In this document: piece by piece, positions 39,677 to 53,884 of the stretch
Layout of the letters: each line of letters begins with the position of its first letter
Position numbering within the stretch: the stretch's first letter is position 1
Assembly (NCBI GenBank): GCA_023515725.1
Contig: JALDTO010000237.1
Location: forward strand, 417,573 to 481,572
Source of the DNA: Amoeboaphelidium protococcarum X5
Lineage: Eukaryota; Fungi; Aphelidiomycota
Length of the DNA: 64,000 bases
Direction: 5' to 3'
Notes under the pieces: model-generated
What the model saw: the letters and a program-made list of their open reading frames with translations, nothing else
Database searches by the model: none
What the model was told of the DNA's origin: nothing
Program-made: the position numbers and the translations under genes

Positions 39677-42515
39677 TCAAAGTTCATTTACTCTGGTCAA
39701 ATACCGCACAATATCACCGACAAGTTCCAGTTCATTGGAATTAAGAGCTTTTTTGAGGAGAGATATTTACAGTTCTTTGGTGACGGCAGCAGGCTATTAA
39801 GTTTGCAATATAATCAGACAAGATGCGGCCACCTGCACCTCTTCAGCTTCTAGACATTACTGGAACAACTGGAGAGGACTACCAACCACAGAGAAGAGGT
39901 AATCCCACATCGTAAACTCTGTCTTTCTAGCGCAATTCACAACAATCTTGCGATACTGCTGGAAATTCTATAAATATTCGATTAACTGAGGTAGCATATT
40001 CTTGGTTGATGGAGATACAACTTGGTTATCTGAGAACATTTAAAACTCCTTTGCCACCACCTGATGAAGAATTATCTCCATCGAGTGACCGAAATACTCA
40101 AAGTCTTGAAAGAAGGCACCAAACTCCAGAGCTTCCTGATAGAGTTACTAATCCAAAAGACTCTTGACAAAATAGTGAATAAATAGAAACGTCTTTCCAT
40201 GCGACTGGAATTAAAATGAATGCAAATTGTCACCAATATTAGAACCAGCGTTAGAGTACATTGTCAAAGACTGTTCTACGCCAACAATGATTCCCTTATG
40301 GAACAGAACTCCAAACGGGTAAAAGTCGAGCTTCAATTCTAATGGCTTTCGAGGAGCCCATCTAAAGTCCGCAGATGTCTAGAGAAGCAAATTGATCCAA
40401 ATCCTAACTCTGTGGCCGTCATAAGCCCATAAAGCGTTAAACATGGTCCCAATTGGTTTACGCGGATAGAACGGCCAACAAAATTCAATCTTTTACGCAA
40501 TCAAACAAGACTGTGAGCTTTCACTGCTGTCGATAGACTGCGAGTATAATGGATTTACGAGTGATAAATCACCTCCAGAAAGGACAATATATGGAGCATC
40601 TTTGATACGCTCATTGAGATTCGAATAATCAGTAATAGGCAGAAACCAATCTATAAACTATAAGCACAGCGGTGAAGTTGATGAAGTATTCAAAGATTAC
40701 TCTGATAATGATCGCATCTACAGGAAAGAATCACCACTAGCTGCAGCATCTTCAAGCACATAATGCATTACTTAGAGTTAAGCGTCAACCAATAGCAAAT
40801 GATTATAGAGAATGTTCAGCTTTATAAGTTGACTCTACAGCGGAACTGATATCAAAACTTTTGACGGATCAAGAGATTATCTTGAGTCCACCACTATCAA
40901 TGCTTTCTGCATCTGAATATGATCAAAAACACCAGCTATAAGGTAATGCTTAAACCAAATAAGGCCGCCTTATACTTCATATCTATTCTCGCATTCTTCA
41001 TTGATGAATAACTTCCACTTATTAGAAGACTTTTAATATATAGCAAAGCCTCTGCGTCCAGCCACAGCGATTCGACTGCCATCATTATTAGCACATGCAT
41101 ATCCAATTGGACCTTGCAACTGAATATATTGTTACGGAATAAGCACCACTTTGTATACACTTACTGGATGCACGGGCTCAACATTCTACTTGACATCAAC
41201 GTCTGAATGATTATAAAGATGTAAACTATCAGCAGAAACTAGAAATGGATTTCTCATGTTATCTTTGACATTGCAGGTGGTCAATGAATTCTTTCCAAAT
41301 TGAACTTACACTACCTGACAGTCAGCGCGAGATACTATATTCAAAGAGTAGCTCATGAAATCCCAAAACAATGCACAACCGTTGTTCATGACAGATTAAT
41401 TTTCATTATTATTACCCCTTCTGTATGTATACTACTCCCCTCTATTCGTAATAGTACTGAATATACATTTGCCAAAGACAGAGTAAACAGCAAATCCACC
41501 TGCCGCATACCTCAGCGCCATAGCATATCCATCGTGTGTCCAACTAAATGAACTAGTTGCTTCCTCAGGTTCATAACTCGGACATTTAATCTTATTGACT
41601 TATCTCGTCTTCAATTACTCAGAGACTCTATAATTAATAAGCAGGCCATCAGAAGTAAGAACAGTTAGCAACCTAAAAGGAGCATTGAAGGCAATAGATT
41701 TAACTTTCAATACAACGTCCACATCATCAACATCGCGACATGATAGATGAGCAAATTCTCTATACTATAAATCTTTATCAGCGGGCGATAGCAATGAAGA
41801 CACCTTGTATAAAAACATTGAATCATCATCCAGGCATAGTACAGCAATATCCATAAGAGTATCAACATGAACTGATTACAGATGACTGCCGGTATTATCG
41901 AAATGGTACAATAAGTCCTGAAATAAGTCACTGTTAGCTTCGCTGATAAGTCCGTCTAATGTAGATAATTAAAGAATCGACTGAGAGTCTTTCAGAAAGA
42001 CCAGTGCACATTCAGGAGATAGGAACGCTGCATCTTATACGGTATGACACAAGCTGTATTGACCAGCTAAAGCCAACTTTACAGAGGTAATATTAAATCC
42101 TGCATCTATAGTCTCATCTGTTTAGAAAGCGAACTAGTATCTATTCATACCACCAAAATATTAGTCCTCATCATTGTTTTCTGGGCTCAGCTTTAACAGA
42201 GTAGCGGAATTATCGCAAAGTATTAGTATATAGCCATCATCTTGACTCCAAATAATTTTACTCAATTTCTAGACAATTACAGAATCTAGCAATATTGAAT
42301 ATACTTTAATCAAATTCTACACAGATAGATTCAAAATTATAAGAGAGAATTCTGAGTAAATTTTATCATACTTTAGACAGAAACAGTTCAAGCTGACCAT
42401 TTAATTAGAGTATACAGAAGTAATTTCTGCTAGAGCTGAGAGACAACTACCGCTCACTGATATCCTGCCACGGAATATGCTTATATATTCTAATAGTGTC
42501 AGTCGCAAAATACAT
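39677..42515 (-). CDS. RIC1: RIC1 (Rab6/Ypt6 GEF subunit); intron 42317-42371 (missed by the ORF track)
   Basis: MYF start, SWTHDGYAMAL..GGFAVYSVFG, and VVNCARKTEFTMWDYLFSVVGSP..AASCLIILQ. Confidence 0.85.
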
Positions 42516-42682
42516 GATAAAACTGGTGATTTACGCCTAGTTAGATTTATAACGTTGTATAGAAAGAGATGAAACACAAAGTTCGACCGCCTTAGTTCTT
42601 GATCGATCGTGTGAAGTTTATACACGCGTACATGACAACTGTCAATAAAAAGTGAGAAAATTGAATAAAAAATTATCAAGGA

Positions 42683-44044
42683 ATGGCTGGAATAAAGAGG
42701 AAGAAGAAGAGATCGAGTAAGAGGTGGATATAACGGGTGAATGAGGCTAAATAGAAATGCCGCTCTGCATTGAATATCTTGAATGGTTGGACGCGAAATG
42801 ATTTTGCCAGCCGTCCTCTGCCTGACAGAAGTGCTCATGCTCACGATATCACACGTATGGATGGCTCTGCGATATCACTTAAGAAATTTGAGAGGAAATA
42901 TATCGCCAAATCACAGCCTGTACTTATTGACAATATAATGAACTGGTGGCCAGCTATGCGGAAATGGGACAAGCGATTCTTTAAATCATCTCCAACCTGT
43001 CGAAATCTGATGTTTCGCGTCGGCGAGGATGATAGTGGCCGACCTGTGCGGTTGTCTATGAAAGATTACTTGAGATACTGTAAGCACTTGGCACCCCAAG
43101 AAGATTCGCCTCTATACATATTTGACTCTTCTTTTGGGCGTTAAAAATAGAGCGATACTACTTAATAATCTTCTTCAACGACGAAATCAAAGTTGAAGTA
43201 GATTGGAGCTGCAAATAATAGTAAATTGGTTGATGATTTCAGAGTGCCCGAATTCTTTCAGTAAGATCTATTCGATCTGGAGGAGGTCCGCAGTAAACGA
43301 CCACCTCACCGCTGGATTGTTATTGGTCCTGCGAGGTCTGGCACTAATCTTCATCAAGATCCACTTGGTACATCTGCTTGGAATGCGCTCATTCAAGGCC
43401 GTAAGAGATGGGTTTTGTTTCCTCCAGAGACGCGTAAAGAGTTGTTATCTCGCTAGCCTGGTGATGACTATTCTCAATATGCAACTCATCTTGATAATGA
43501 AGGTATTACATGGTTCCACACGGTATACAACAAAATACTGAGTCTTATTCCGGAGTAGCAAAAGTCTTTGCGCATTGTTGACTTTATTCAAGAAAGTGGT
43601 CAGTTTGTTTATGTTCCTCCTGGGTGGCATCATGTTGTTATAAATCTAGACCTTTCCATTGCAGTTACTCAGAATCTCTCACATCCTCTCAACGCTGAGT
43701 ACTCTTGGCTGAAGACGCGTAATGCACGTCCTAAATTTGCCGCCAAGCTCAAGCAAGCTATTATGAATATCTCCAAGAATCCTGACTGTGATCCTAGGTG
43801 GAATCAATTCTCTGCGGTCATCAATTCTATAGAAGAGTTGAAATATGTTCCCAATTTATACTCCTCCTCCTCCTCTGACAGTGACTCTAGCTCTTCGTCG
43901 TCATCCTCGTCTTAATCCGTAATGAAGGGAGCCGCTTTAAGCGTTTCATCAACAGAGAGTGAGACGGACACGGAAAGTCAGTGCAACTGTGTCAAGTGCA
44001 AGTTAAAACGGAAGCGATAACGTAAATTGCTTGATTAGCTATGA
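42683..44044 (+). CDS. JMJD6: JmjC protein JMJD6-like
   Basis: [68 protein letters not shown], and a poly-Ser tail. Confidence 0.9.
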
Positions 44045-44291
44045 CTATCAATATTTATTATTATTTGCTTAAACATCTCTCTAAATATTATTTTGAGTTT
44101 GCAATCTATTTTCGATTTTGAGTTATTATCCAGCGAAAGTTATACATTTGCAACACACAGTATCAGGCTTGGCCCGAAATCAGTGTGGCGCCGTGAAAAC
44201 TGCGCAAAGTAATTTTTGTTTCCTTTTCATTATAACAATTCTTGGAACCTTTATTGTCATATTAACGCGCACATCTTATTGCAGATTAAAG

Positions 44292-46238
44292 ATGTCTGTG
44301 TATAATTTGAAAGGAATACAGACGGTGCCTACCGCTAATGAATTCATTGATATTGTGCTGTCCAAGACCATGAGAAAGACACCGACTGTGGTGCACAAGT
44401 CTTATTAGATCTCGCGTATTAGAGCATTCTACATGCGCAAGGTGAAGTATACGCAGCAGAGTTTTGAAGAGAAATTGGAGCAGATTTTGACTGATTTTCC
44501 CAAGTTAGATGATGTGCATCCCTTCTACTCTGATCTGATTAATGTGCTCTATGACCGCGATCATTACAAGATCGCCTTGGGTCACATCTTTGCTGCCAAG
44601 AATCTGATCAGTGGTGTAGGCAGAGACTATGTCCGCTTGTTGAAGTTTGGTGATTCTCTTTACAGATGTAAGCAGTTGAAGCGCGCAGCATTGGGTAGAA
44701 TGGCCACCATTATGAAGAAGCAGAAGGAGACTCTCGCGTACCTGGAGCAGGTTAGACAGCATTTGGCGCGTCTACCTGCCATTGATCCTAACACGCGTAC
44801 GTTGCTCATTTGCGGTTATCCAAATTGTGGTAAGAGTAGCTTTATTAACAAATTGACGCGTGCTGAAGTTGATGTACAACCGTACGCGTTCACCACCAAG
44901 AGTCTATTCGTTGGCCATATGGATTACAAATATTTGCGTTGGTAGGTGATTGACACTCCGGGCATTTTGGATCATCCGTTGGAGGAGCGTAACACTATTG
45001 AGATGCTTTCTATCACTGCTTTGGCTCATTTGAGATCTTGTATCTTGTACTTTATGGATCTGTCCGAGGAGTGCGGCTACTCTATCAAACTGCAGGCATC
45101 ATTGTTCAAGTCGATTTAGCCACTTTTTGCTAATAAGCCTCTGGTGTTGGTCTTTAACAAGAGCGATAAGAGAACGCTGGCAGATCTGTCTGAAGATGAG
45201 AAGCTGGAGGTTGATTAGCTCATCAAGAGTAGCGGAGTTGAGTATACCGAAGTGAGCTGCTTCAATGAGACTGGTCTGATGGAAGCGAAGTAGCTGGCCT
45301 GTGATAAGTTGCTGGCTGCGCGTGTTGAGAGTAAGCTGCGTCAATCCAACAACAAGGTTGGAGACATTTTAGATAGGATCCATGTTGCGATGCCTGTGGA
45401 GCGTGATGACGCCGAGCGACAGCCTTTCATTCCACCTTAGATGGCTCACAAAGTTAGATAAGATGTAACAGTTCCGGAGAAGGTGCGTACCGAGCGTGAT
45501 ATTGAAGTTGAGAATGGTGGTGCTGGTGTTTACAATATTGATTTGAAGAAGAAATATATCCTGGCTAGCGATGAGTGGAAGCATGATATTATTCCCGAGA
45601 TTATGGATGGTCATAACGTGGCAGACTTTATTGATCCTGAGATTGCTGCCAAGTTGGAGGCTCTGGAGCGCGAGGAGGAGGGACTGGTAGATGCCGGACA
45701 TTATGCGGTGGAAGGAGAAGTCACTGATCCTACAGCTATCAATGCCCGTGCATTAGCCAATAATATCAAGGAGAAGAGAAAGATGATGGTGGTGCAGCAT
45801 AGAATGAAGACCACCAAGCAGACATCCAAGATTGGTTTAAAGGCTAGAGCTAGATTGCGTTCTGTAAGCGAAATTGGTAAGCAGTTACAGCCGCTTGGAT
45901 TAGATACTGTAGAAGCTGAAGAGAGCGCTCGTGGTAGAAAGAGAACTCGTAGTATCACGCAGCATCAAGATGAAGATGGAGACGTGCGTATGGGTGGTCG
46001 CGAAGTCTCAATTGCCAGATCAATGTCCAAGTTCAGATCCATTCCTATGCGTGATCGTAGCGTTATGGGACTGAGGGATAACAAGCAGAAGTCTGAAGTT
46101 ACAAACATCAAGAAGCTGAACGAGAGAAGAAACAACATGCTGGCCAAGGCTGGAGAGGCTGATCGTGTAATCCTCACCTCAATGCCTAAGCATCTATTTG
46201 CAGGCAAGCGTAAGAATGGTAAAACTGATAGACGTTGA
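44292..46238 (+). CDS. NOG1: Nucleolar GTP-binding protein 1
   Basis: [42 protein letters not shown], and [15 protein letters not shown]. Confidence 0.97.
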
Positions 46239-46465
46239 TTTACTCCAATAAGAGCATTTAAATATAAATTGAAGATAATATCACTATTTTTTTAATTAAC
46301 GAAAGTCACTTGTCTTTGGAAAGCATAACGAAGCTGCTCCTCCTTCTCTGTGTCTCTCGTCTCTCTCTTAGTTTCAGTTTCATCAGTCTTTTAAACGTGG
46401 TGATATTTATTGCCTCACTAACAATTGCGTACGATAGAACGAAAACTTTATTTAGGCAGACTAAT

Positions 46466-46996
46466 ATGGATTATAATAATTAGCAATAATAAGTTTAATA
46501 TTAGTAGTAGATGATGCCTGGAGCACCGGTGGAGGCTCAGAAAACAATGCAAGATCATATTGAAATGCTCAAAAACACAAGTGTTCAACTAGCACAGATT
46601 GCCTAGTACTGTCGAAGCTTGTACGCATAGCCGCCTATGAACAAAGATCAGTACGACTAGGTGGATATGAAAGTAAGAAGCTACGCTGCAGACGGTCTAT
46701 CAACATTTGTACAGAATCTCAATATGGCTATGGGAAGCTACGAGCAGAAGGTGAATGAGTGTAAGCGATCAGTGCAAGATTGTGAAACAAACGTTCAATT
46801 CATCTCCACGAAACTGACGATGATCCACGAGGAGTTGAGCCGAAAGTCTGTCGGTTTCGATAAAGATTACGCGGCTATTACGAAGCCGGAGAAACATCGA
46901 AGAATTGACCGTCCGTTTCATCTGCAGACTCTGGTCAATGCCGACAAGAAGCTGAACCTGTACAAGTATGACTCCATTGGACACAAGTTGATGTGA
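46466..46996 (+). CDS. Short Abl-interactor (ABI, WAVE complex) homolog without an SH3 domain
   Basis: L.NTSVQLAQIAQYC..LY, ..SYAADGLSTF..NL, and terminal YDSIGH resemble the ABI N-terminal and HHR regions. Confidence 0.55.
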
Positions 46997-47069
46997 TTTA
47001 TCGTGAATGATTATGATGGATATGGTGATGATGATAAAAAGTGCTATTTTTTAAAGTAGATTGTATATT

Positions 47070-47945
47070 TCATTTCCATTTGTCAAGTATCATGAAGGGG
47101 CGATAATACCAACCATCGAGTAGAGGGACTTACTTACCGATCCCATGGGATAACGTTTAGAATACGTGAGCGAAATCACCTGGGACGATTAGTTGAGGTT
47201 TAACGCGTGCATCTACCAGGCCAATATGTTACAGTAAAATAGTCAGAGCTTCTGAACAGAACAATTGTTCATGTTCCAAGTTTACGCGACGATGTCCAAT
47301 ATGGTCCATCTATAGCCATGGCCGCTGAGAAATGACAGCCTTGATAAATGTCCACGTATCGCGCTTAAAGTTTAGCGTCGACCATTGCTCCAAAACGGGC
47401 ATAATCTGTGTATGTATCTACGCTTCATATTACTCATACTCAAGCACTGTCATTAGTGGAATATGTACATTTTGCAATTGCTCAAATGCCACATAGTTGA
47501 AATGCCATTGCGGAAAGTCTTGAAACTTATCAGATAGCAAAATGACACGCGATCCTCGAGTCTTACTCTCACCAGATATTAGATCTTGGTGTGTCCATAC
47601 ACCATTGCTTATCTCCCAAATGTATAAATCTCGCTCATAAAATGGAATATTAAGCGGAAACCTGATAATCATTGCAATGTGAGTCCATCTTGATCTTGTT
47701 GTGAAACGCGTTATACGAGATGTGATGAACCAACTGTCACTAAACAACACCAGATCTCCAGTTTTCAGGCTGCTTTCTTTAAGCTGTTAATACACAATAC
47801 TATTCTTGAGTGGCATTGGCTGGTAAGTTTGGTGTACATAAAACTAATATGCACAAGAACTAAAGAGGCAATATAAAGTGATAAATGATGGATTGGTCAT
47901 CGCATCGCTGATCAACGTTTCAACTTTATCAAAGAGAATCCACAT
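47070..47945 (-). CDS. Permuted papain-like NlpC/P60 (YiiX/YaeF-type) hydrolase
   Basis: LKTGDLVLFS, SRWTHIAM (His), LFCSE (Cys), and I.PGDF. Confidence 0.72.
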
Positions 47946-48328
47946 CGCTTAGCGTTATAACAGAACTTTTCTACAGTACAATAATTAAAAATTTCAGATA
48001 ATTCGATAGTCTTTTATAATAACTTGTATAGTGAGATCGTGTAACACGGTAGTTATAGTTGCAATCTTTCAAATACAAATCGTTAAATCATTGAATCTGA
48101 TGACGGAGGTCGTAACACTGGTTTAACTATTAGCTTATGCGATTACAAGTAGTAGTCACAGAAGCTCAGTTTCATCTAAGATTATCAATCAAATATCGAA
48201 AAATTTAGTTATAAGACTTTAAAGTGTATTGATGACATCAAAAGAGCAACGAATTGACCTCTTTCTCTCATTTTCATAACCATCGCTCGCAAAGCACCAT
48301 AATAAAGAAGTGATTACTGAAGATAATC

Positions 48329-49423
48329 ATGCCATACGCGTAAATTGTTATAGGGACTGCTGGTAGTGGCAAGAGCACATACTGTCAAGGTGTCAGATAG
48401 TTTATCAAAGCTCTACCCAAGTAATATAAAAAGAGACGCGTAATTCTTGTAAATTTGGATCCTGCCAATGAACTCGTTAATCAACCTATTGATCAGTAGA
48501 ATGGCGAGTCATAAGATATCATGTATGACGTTGATATTAGAGATTTAATAACACTAGAAGATGTGATGGATAAGTATTAGCTCGGATCTAATGGTAGTCT
48601 GCTGTACTGTATGGATTTCTTGTATGAAAATAAAGAGTGGTTGATGCAGTAATTGGAATCTGCAGTTTCCGCTGTTGAAGACGAGCAGCACTAGCTCAAC
48701 GTGACTGCTCCAACTGACGATATTAATACGCCCGCAACCTCTCATACTAATGCTAATGATAGTAATAAGAATGACACAGCGGAAGAAGAAGAAGAAGAAG
48801 AAGAAGATGATGATGATGAAGATGCAAGAGTACATTTTATAATCGATTTCCCGGGACAAGTTGAATTGTTTACCGATACCAACATGTCCACACCAATGTT
48901 GATCTAGTGGTTATAGAGAGAGATGGATCTGCAGGTGTGCATTGTCAGTTTGACTGATGTCACACACTGTGCCGACTCTGGGAAGTATATATCATCTGTT
49001 CTACTATCTCTCAGGATGATGCTGTGCTTAGAATTCCCATTCATTAATGTAATGTCTAAGTTCGATTTGATCAGCACGTTTAAAGATGACCTGGCATTTG
49101 ATGTGGACTATTACACACAGGTTGGGGATACATCTAATCTTTTGGATCATCTAAAACAGACTAAGGATTCTTCATACCATCGACTGAATGAATCTCTAGT
49201 TGGACTCATAGAAGATTTCAAGTTGGTCACATTCCAACCGCTCAGTATCGATAATAAAGATTAGATGTTGGACCTGTAAATGCAAATCGATCGCGCCACT
49301 GGATGTGGATTTACCTCTTACTCTCTCGAGAATCCTACTTCTATCACTGATACACTTGTTGAATAGGCATAGTCCGATAAATAGTAAGAGTAAGAATTAA
49401 GCGCTGCTTAAGATTTGCAGTGA
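48329..49423 (+). CDS. GPN2: GPN-loop GTPase 2
   Basis: QIVIGTAGSGKSTYC, VNLDPAN, LGSNGSLLYCM, DFPGQVELFT, and EFPFINVMSKFDL. Confidence 0.88.
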
Positions 49424-49532
49424 AAGTATAATACATTCAGTGTTAGTATATTTCATGTCATACGTTCATGCGTCTTCTCCATCTCCCTTTCTGTATTTTT
49501 CACAAATTAAGCGAAATTAGAAACAGCAAGCA

Positions 49533-52500
49533 GTTCATAGTTGCAAAATACATCCGGGATAAGCTGCGAATTATAAATGTGAGAGATGCAAACGCCACAA
49601 TACTGTAATAAGGTTGATAAAACTACAAGTAAGTATACAAGAGTGTGCGGTCTGGCTTCCGCAAGATAGTATTGAAAGGTGAAAGTTGGCATATAACCAT
49701 GTGTTTCAAACTAACAGGAATGATAGTGTTTGGGAATAGAAAGTTACAGATATACCATTGATATCAGCAATAATATAGTAACAAGTCCTCACTAATTAGC
49801 AGTTTTATATTGCGCACTTTCCACTACTTTGGCGGCCTCATTGTTCGATATCGGCCCACGGTCTAGAACGGGATCGTTTCAGCGACGGAGCGCGCGCGAG
49901 CGCTTCCAAATCCGGACAACTACTCACTCCTGTATCATAGTAAATATAACTCACCAAACTGGAGTACATATCATATAAGTACCAATCGATAGATCGTTTT
50001 TTGAAACGGCAGATGAGCTAATTCCCAAAAAAATTGATCAAGAAATGACCCGGTTGCCTTTTTGGTGGTGCCCGTTTCACTAAAGCCACGTTTCAGATCT
50101 GAAACAAAGTGTGGGGGAACAATCAAACATTCCCACTGTCCCATATCACTCTCTTCTTCTCTTTTAATAACAATCGATTATTGCAGTCTTATGTTCGCTA
50201 TACATTTATCTCATCCGATATGCTCGTATGGTGTCCTAGCTACTTGCTTGGGTGATGGTTCTGGTGCTCGCTTGCTATCTGCTCAGTTTGGCCGTCTGTC
50301 TCCTCTCTCTGCACCTGAAACCATCCGTCTCCTGCTCTCTTGTTCCAGCTCTATGGTGATGGCCTTTGGGCATTCCTCTGGATTCTTACTGGTGAAGAAT
50401 GCTGCTCCTCTACTGTGGTCCATGATGTCGAGCTGGTTGTTAATCGCTGTCCTCTTTGCTGGTACCTCTATCAATCACAAGATATTGTCAAGGCTCCTCT
50501 CTCTCTTTATCCATCTGTGACTGACCTCTCAAAGCTGCTCTAATGGTCATTGTCTCTAATCCGGTATGTCTATTTTAACAGATTTAGCTCGTTTCTGTCA
50601 TCTTATATAGTTCTGTGTGTGTAGGTTCATGCTACTTTGACTTGTCAAGATTGCTGCGAGGACAAGGCTCTGGCTGTCTCTAATGTCGACTGTACTTGCT
50701 TTACTATCACAAGGTTTTAGTTATCTGTGAAGTTGAAGTCGATTGTGCTTGCTTTGCTTTAATAAGATTTATACTATATGCAAGTTCTAACTAGCTGCTT
50801 TAGCTATGCTTTCATTTGATGCTTGTATTCGTCAGAGAACAACCGCCCTTTTGTGAATGATAATTGACTTGAAACTGCTGACTGATCATTGAGCCACAGT
50901 ACTACAACTGCTTGCAGAGTCATTCGATATCGTCTTCTGGTTTGCTGCTGGTTGAAAAAGCTCAATGGGAAATGTCTCTCTGGCTCATTGTTTACAAGCT
51001 GAAAAGGCTGCTCTTTTATAAAGGATAATCAGACTTTGCTTGGTGTGTCTGCTGACCATTCACCTTCTCTACTCGACCATGGAATTGCATGCAGTTACTC
51101 AAGTTATGCTGGTTCTTTACTCCCTAAGACAACCATCAGGTTGAAGAAAAAAGTCTCATTTCGTTTATGTCTCTGACTGGCTCTTACTCTGTACTGGATA
51201 GAATAAAATCTCTCTGCATGTTAGCCGCCTAGAGACTTGTTATTGTCATTGTTGTCTTGTATGACAACTGTTTTGTTATGAAAACTGCATCCGGTGCCTC
51301 TCATGAGTGCAGATTGTTCTGGCGATAAGCATTGAACTGTCCAATGCCCAACTGTAATACTGGAGTTAGATTCGTCAAAAATTTTGCTAGAATCTTTAAA
51401 AGAACTTGGCGATTCACCTCTATATTAACTTAGTAAGAATTGATGTCCTCATATTTAAAGCACCCTTCCTTATACTAATGGATGCGGTGATTAAAAAAAA
51501 GCAACATGGAGTCCTCTGCTCTGTGCAAATGAGTAAGCTAAATGAAAAGTTGTCATTAAAGTCCTGACTGTACCTCCACTACCTTGCCAAAGATCTCACT
51601 GCTGGGAGTCTCTTCCGCTGGTTAAGAAGCTGGTCGGAGGAGCTTGTGCTGGTCTGTAGTGCTGGCTTGTGCTATGGAAGCACCAGAGGTTGTGTTTCCA
51701 TGCTATCAGACCACCAGCTTCTAAGTTTGTGAGTATTTAGTTGGCGTTATGAGGATTGAGGTTGCAAAGTCCAGGATACTAGCCAAAAATATGGCTTTTG
51801 AAGTATAGAAAGCTCTTAGTAGCATGGCGTCCAATTGTTGGCGCTTCAAAAAAGAACTTGGTCCGCCTCGCCGCTGCTAGTTGGCTGCGGTTGGCTCTCT
51901 ATAATAATGCCCTCACTTTGTTGGGCTTTGCTTATTAGATCTCAGCAAGGAGTCCTCTGCTCTTTGCTTTTAGAAATTGATTGTTCTCTGCTTGTTTGCT
52001 GCCTCTTCGCCTGGTCAAAGTTGTATCTCTGGCGGTCTCTTTCCTCTCGGTCCCTGGCTGGTTGAAGGAGCTTGTGCTGGTCCTCTAGTGCTGGCTAGTG
52101 TCACGACGACACCAGAGGTTGTGTTGTCGTTCTATTGGACCTGCAGCTGGCCAGTGGGTATTGGTTTTTGGCGTCGTGGTGAAGAAGGTTGCGATCAAGT
52201 CTGTCCAGTGTCATCTTGTGCTGGACCTGGCCGTCTTTGGCCGTTGAGAAGCTGATTTGCTTGTTGGGAGTGGGCCATGATGGCTCACATGGAGTAGGGA
52301 AAAGAGGGGGTGGTGGTGTTGGTCTGGTATGGCCAGTAGAAAAAAATATGCCCAGCAAAGAGCTGGGGTTAGAATTATTATGCTATAACCGTCATAGGTT
52401 ATAGCTGGTATCGTCTGGTGCGCGGGTCTCTGAGATAGCTTCTTGCCATATATAATAACTTTCTGCCAACTTTGCCTCGTCAACCGCTGGACTCTGTCTT

Positions 52501-53884
52501 TCTCTCTCTCTTTCTGGATGTCCATAAGTAAATCTTATTCTCGTTGACTGGGCTGAGTTGGAACAATAAGTTAAATGGTAGCTAGTAACTGGTATGCCTG
52601 ACCCGCGCACCGCCTTGGCATTGGCAGGAAAATGAAAAAATTTTAATCATTGTTCCCGTAATGCCTGTGCCAAGTAATATTATATTGGAGCTGGTGGAAG
52701 CTGACAAGACTTTATAATCTGTGGTGTTGTCTCATCTCATTGATCATCTGGACTTTAATCTTGGTCCTAGGCTGAAAATATGCACCCGTCTTTGTCTCCG
52801 CTTCCACTCCGTAAGTCTCCCTCTCTGGACAATTGCAATACAAGGCATACTGTGTTGTGGTTGTCCTCTCTCTCTCTCTGTTCTATCCACTCTCTGTGCG
52901 CATCTTGGCTGGCCCTGCCTCTTTTTATCTCTCTCTCTCTCTCTCGTTAGGCTGGCTAGTTGCGTTGGATAGAATAGAGTCATCTCGTCTTGTGTCCTTG
53001 CCGCTGGAGTCGCTGTGAACATTCTTAGACTCCTCTGGCGGTTGCTTGTCATAGTTTGCAAATGGCGTCGTAGTCTGTCAATCAAGGCGTCATTTGCAAG
53101 AGTAGTTCTCCATCCCAATGCCATCGGGCCGTAGTTTATTGTCATAGGCTCTTTTGGCTTCACATTATCATCATCATCATCATTGTCCTCATCCTTTGCA
53201 GATGCGCCGTAGCTAGATCATAGGCGTAGTCTGCAAGAGTATATCCTCATCTCAATGCCACTGGTGCCGTAGTCCCCATTCATAGGCTCCTTTGGCTCCA
53301 CATCATCATCATCATGATCCTCATCTTCCTTTGTACATGGCGCCGTAGTTAGATCATAGGCGTCATTGCAAGAGTTTTCTGCGTCCTCCGTAGTCTCATG
53401 TCATTTGTATATAGTCATTTCATTGGAGACGCAGCGGTCACATCTCATAGAATATAGAATATAGAAGTCCCATTCGAAAGTTGCCGAGGTCCGTATCTGC
53501 TCTGTAGTCAATAGTTAAGAGTTGATCGAGTCCTCTGGCAAGAGTCTCCCTACACTGGTAGTCCGAATTGCTTTGCCGCTGTGGTTCTCATCACGTTCAT
53601 GAATTGGTCCCCTCTGGAGTTTTGTGTTAAGGTTTCTGAAGTTTCTAATGGTATGGTCAGTCTCCTTCTCGTCAACACATGTAACAAAAGCTCCTCCTCC
53701 TCCTTCACCTCATCTCTCTGGAGAATTCTGAATCCATTGGCCGCATTTCATGTCTACCACTGTACTCCAAAAATAAACCGAAAGTGCTGTTCAGCGCTAG
53801 AACAATGAATAAAAAATCAATCAGTAAAATATTTACTACCAACACTGCACTCTCTATCTTGTTTCCACCTTTACTTTTCACTTT
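49533..53884 (-). repeat. Right arm of the ~4.3-kb inverted repeat
   Basis: Reverse complement of 35146-39497. Confidence 0.95.

Noticed and set aside
42401-42844. 147-aa ORF as the RIC1 N-terminus or a separate gene
   Set aside because: It is better explained by an MYF first exon at 42515 plus an intron; the upstream part overlaps JMJD6 in antisense.
35146-53884. Polinton/Maverick, Starship or endogenous virus
   Set aside because: No polB, integrase, tyrosine recombinase or capsid motif recognised, no TSD, and the cargo is ordinary housekeeping genes.
35146-53884. IR-type centromere
   Set aside because: The spacer is filled with conserved genes rather than a gene-free core.
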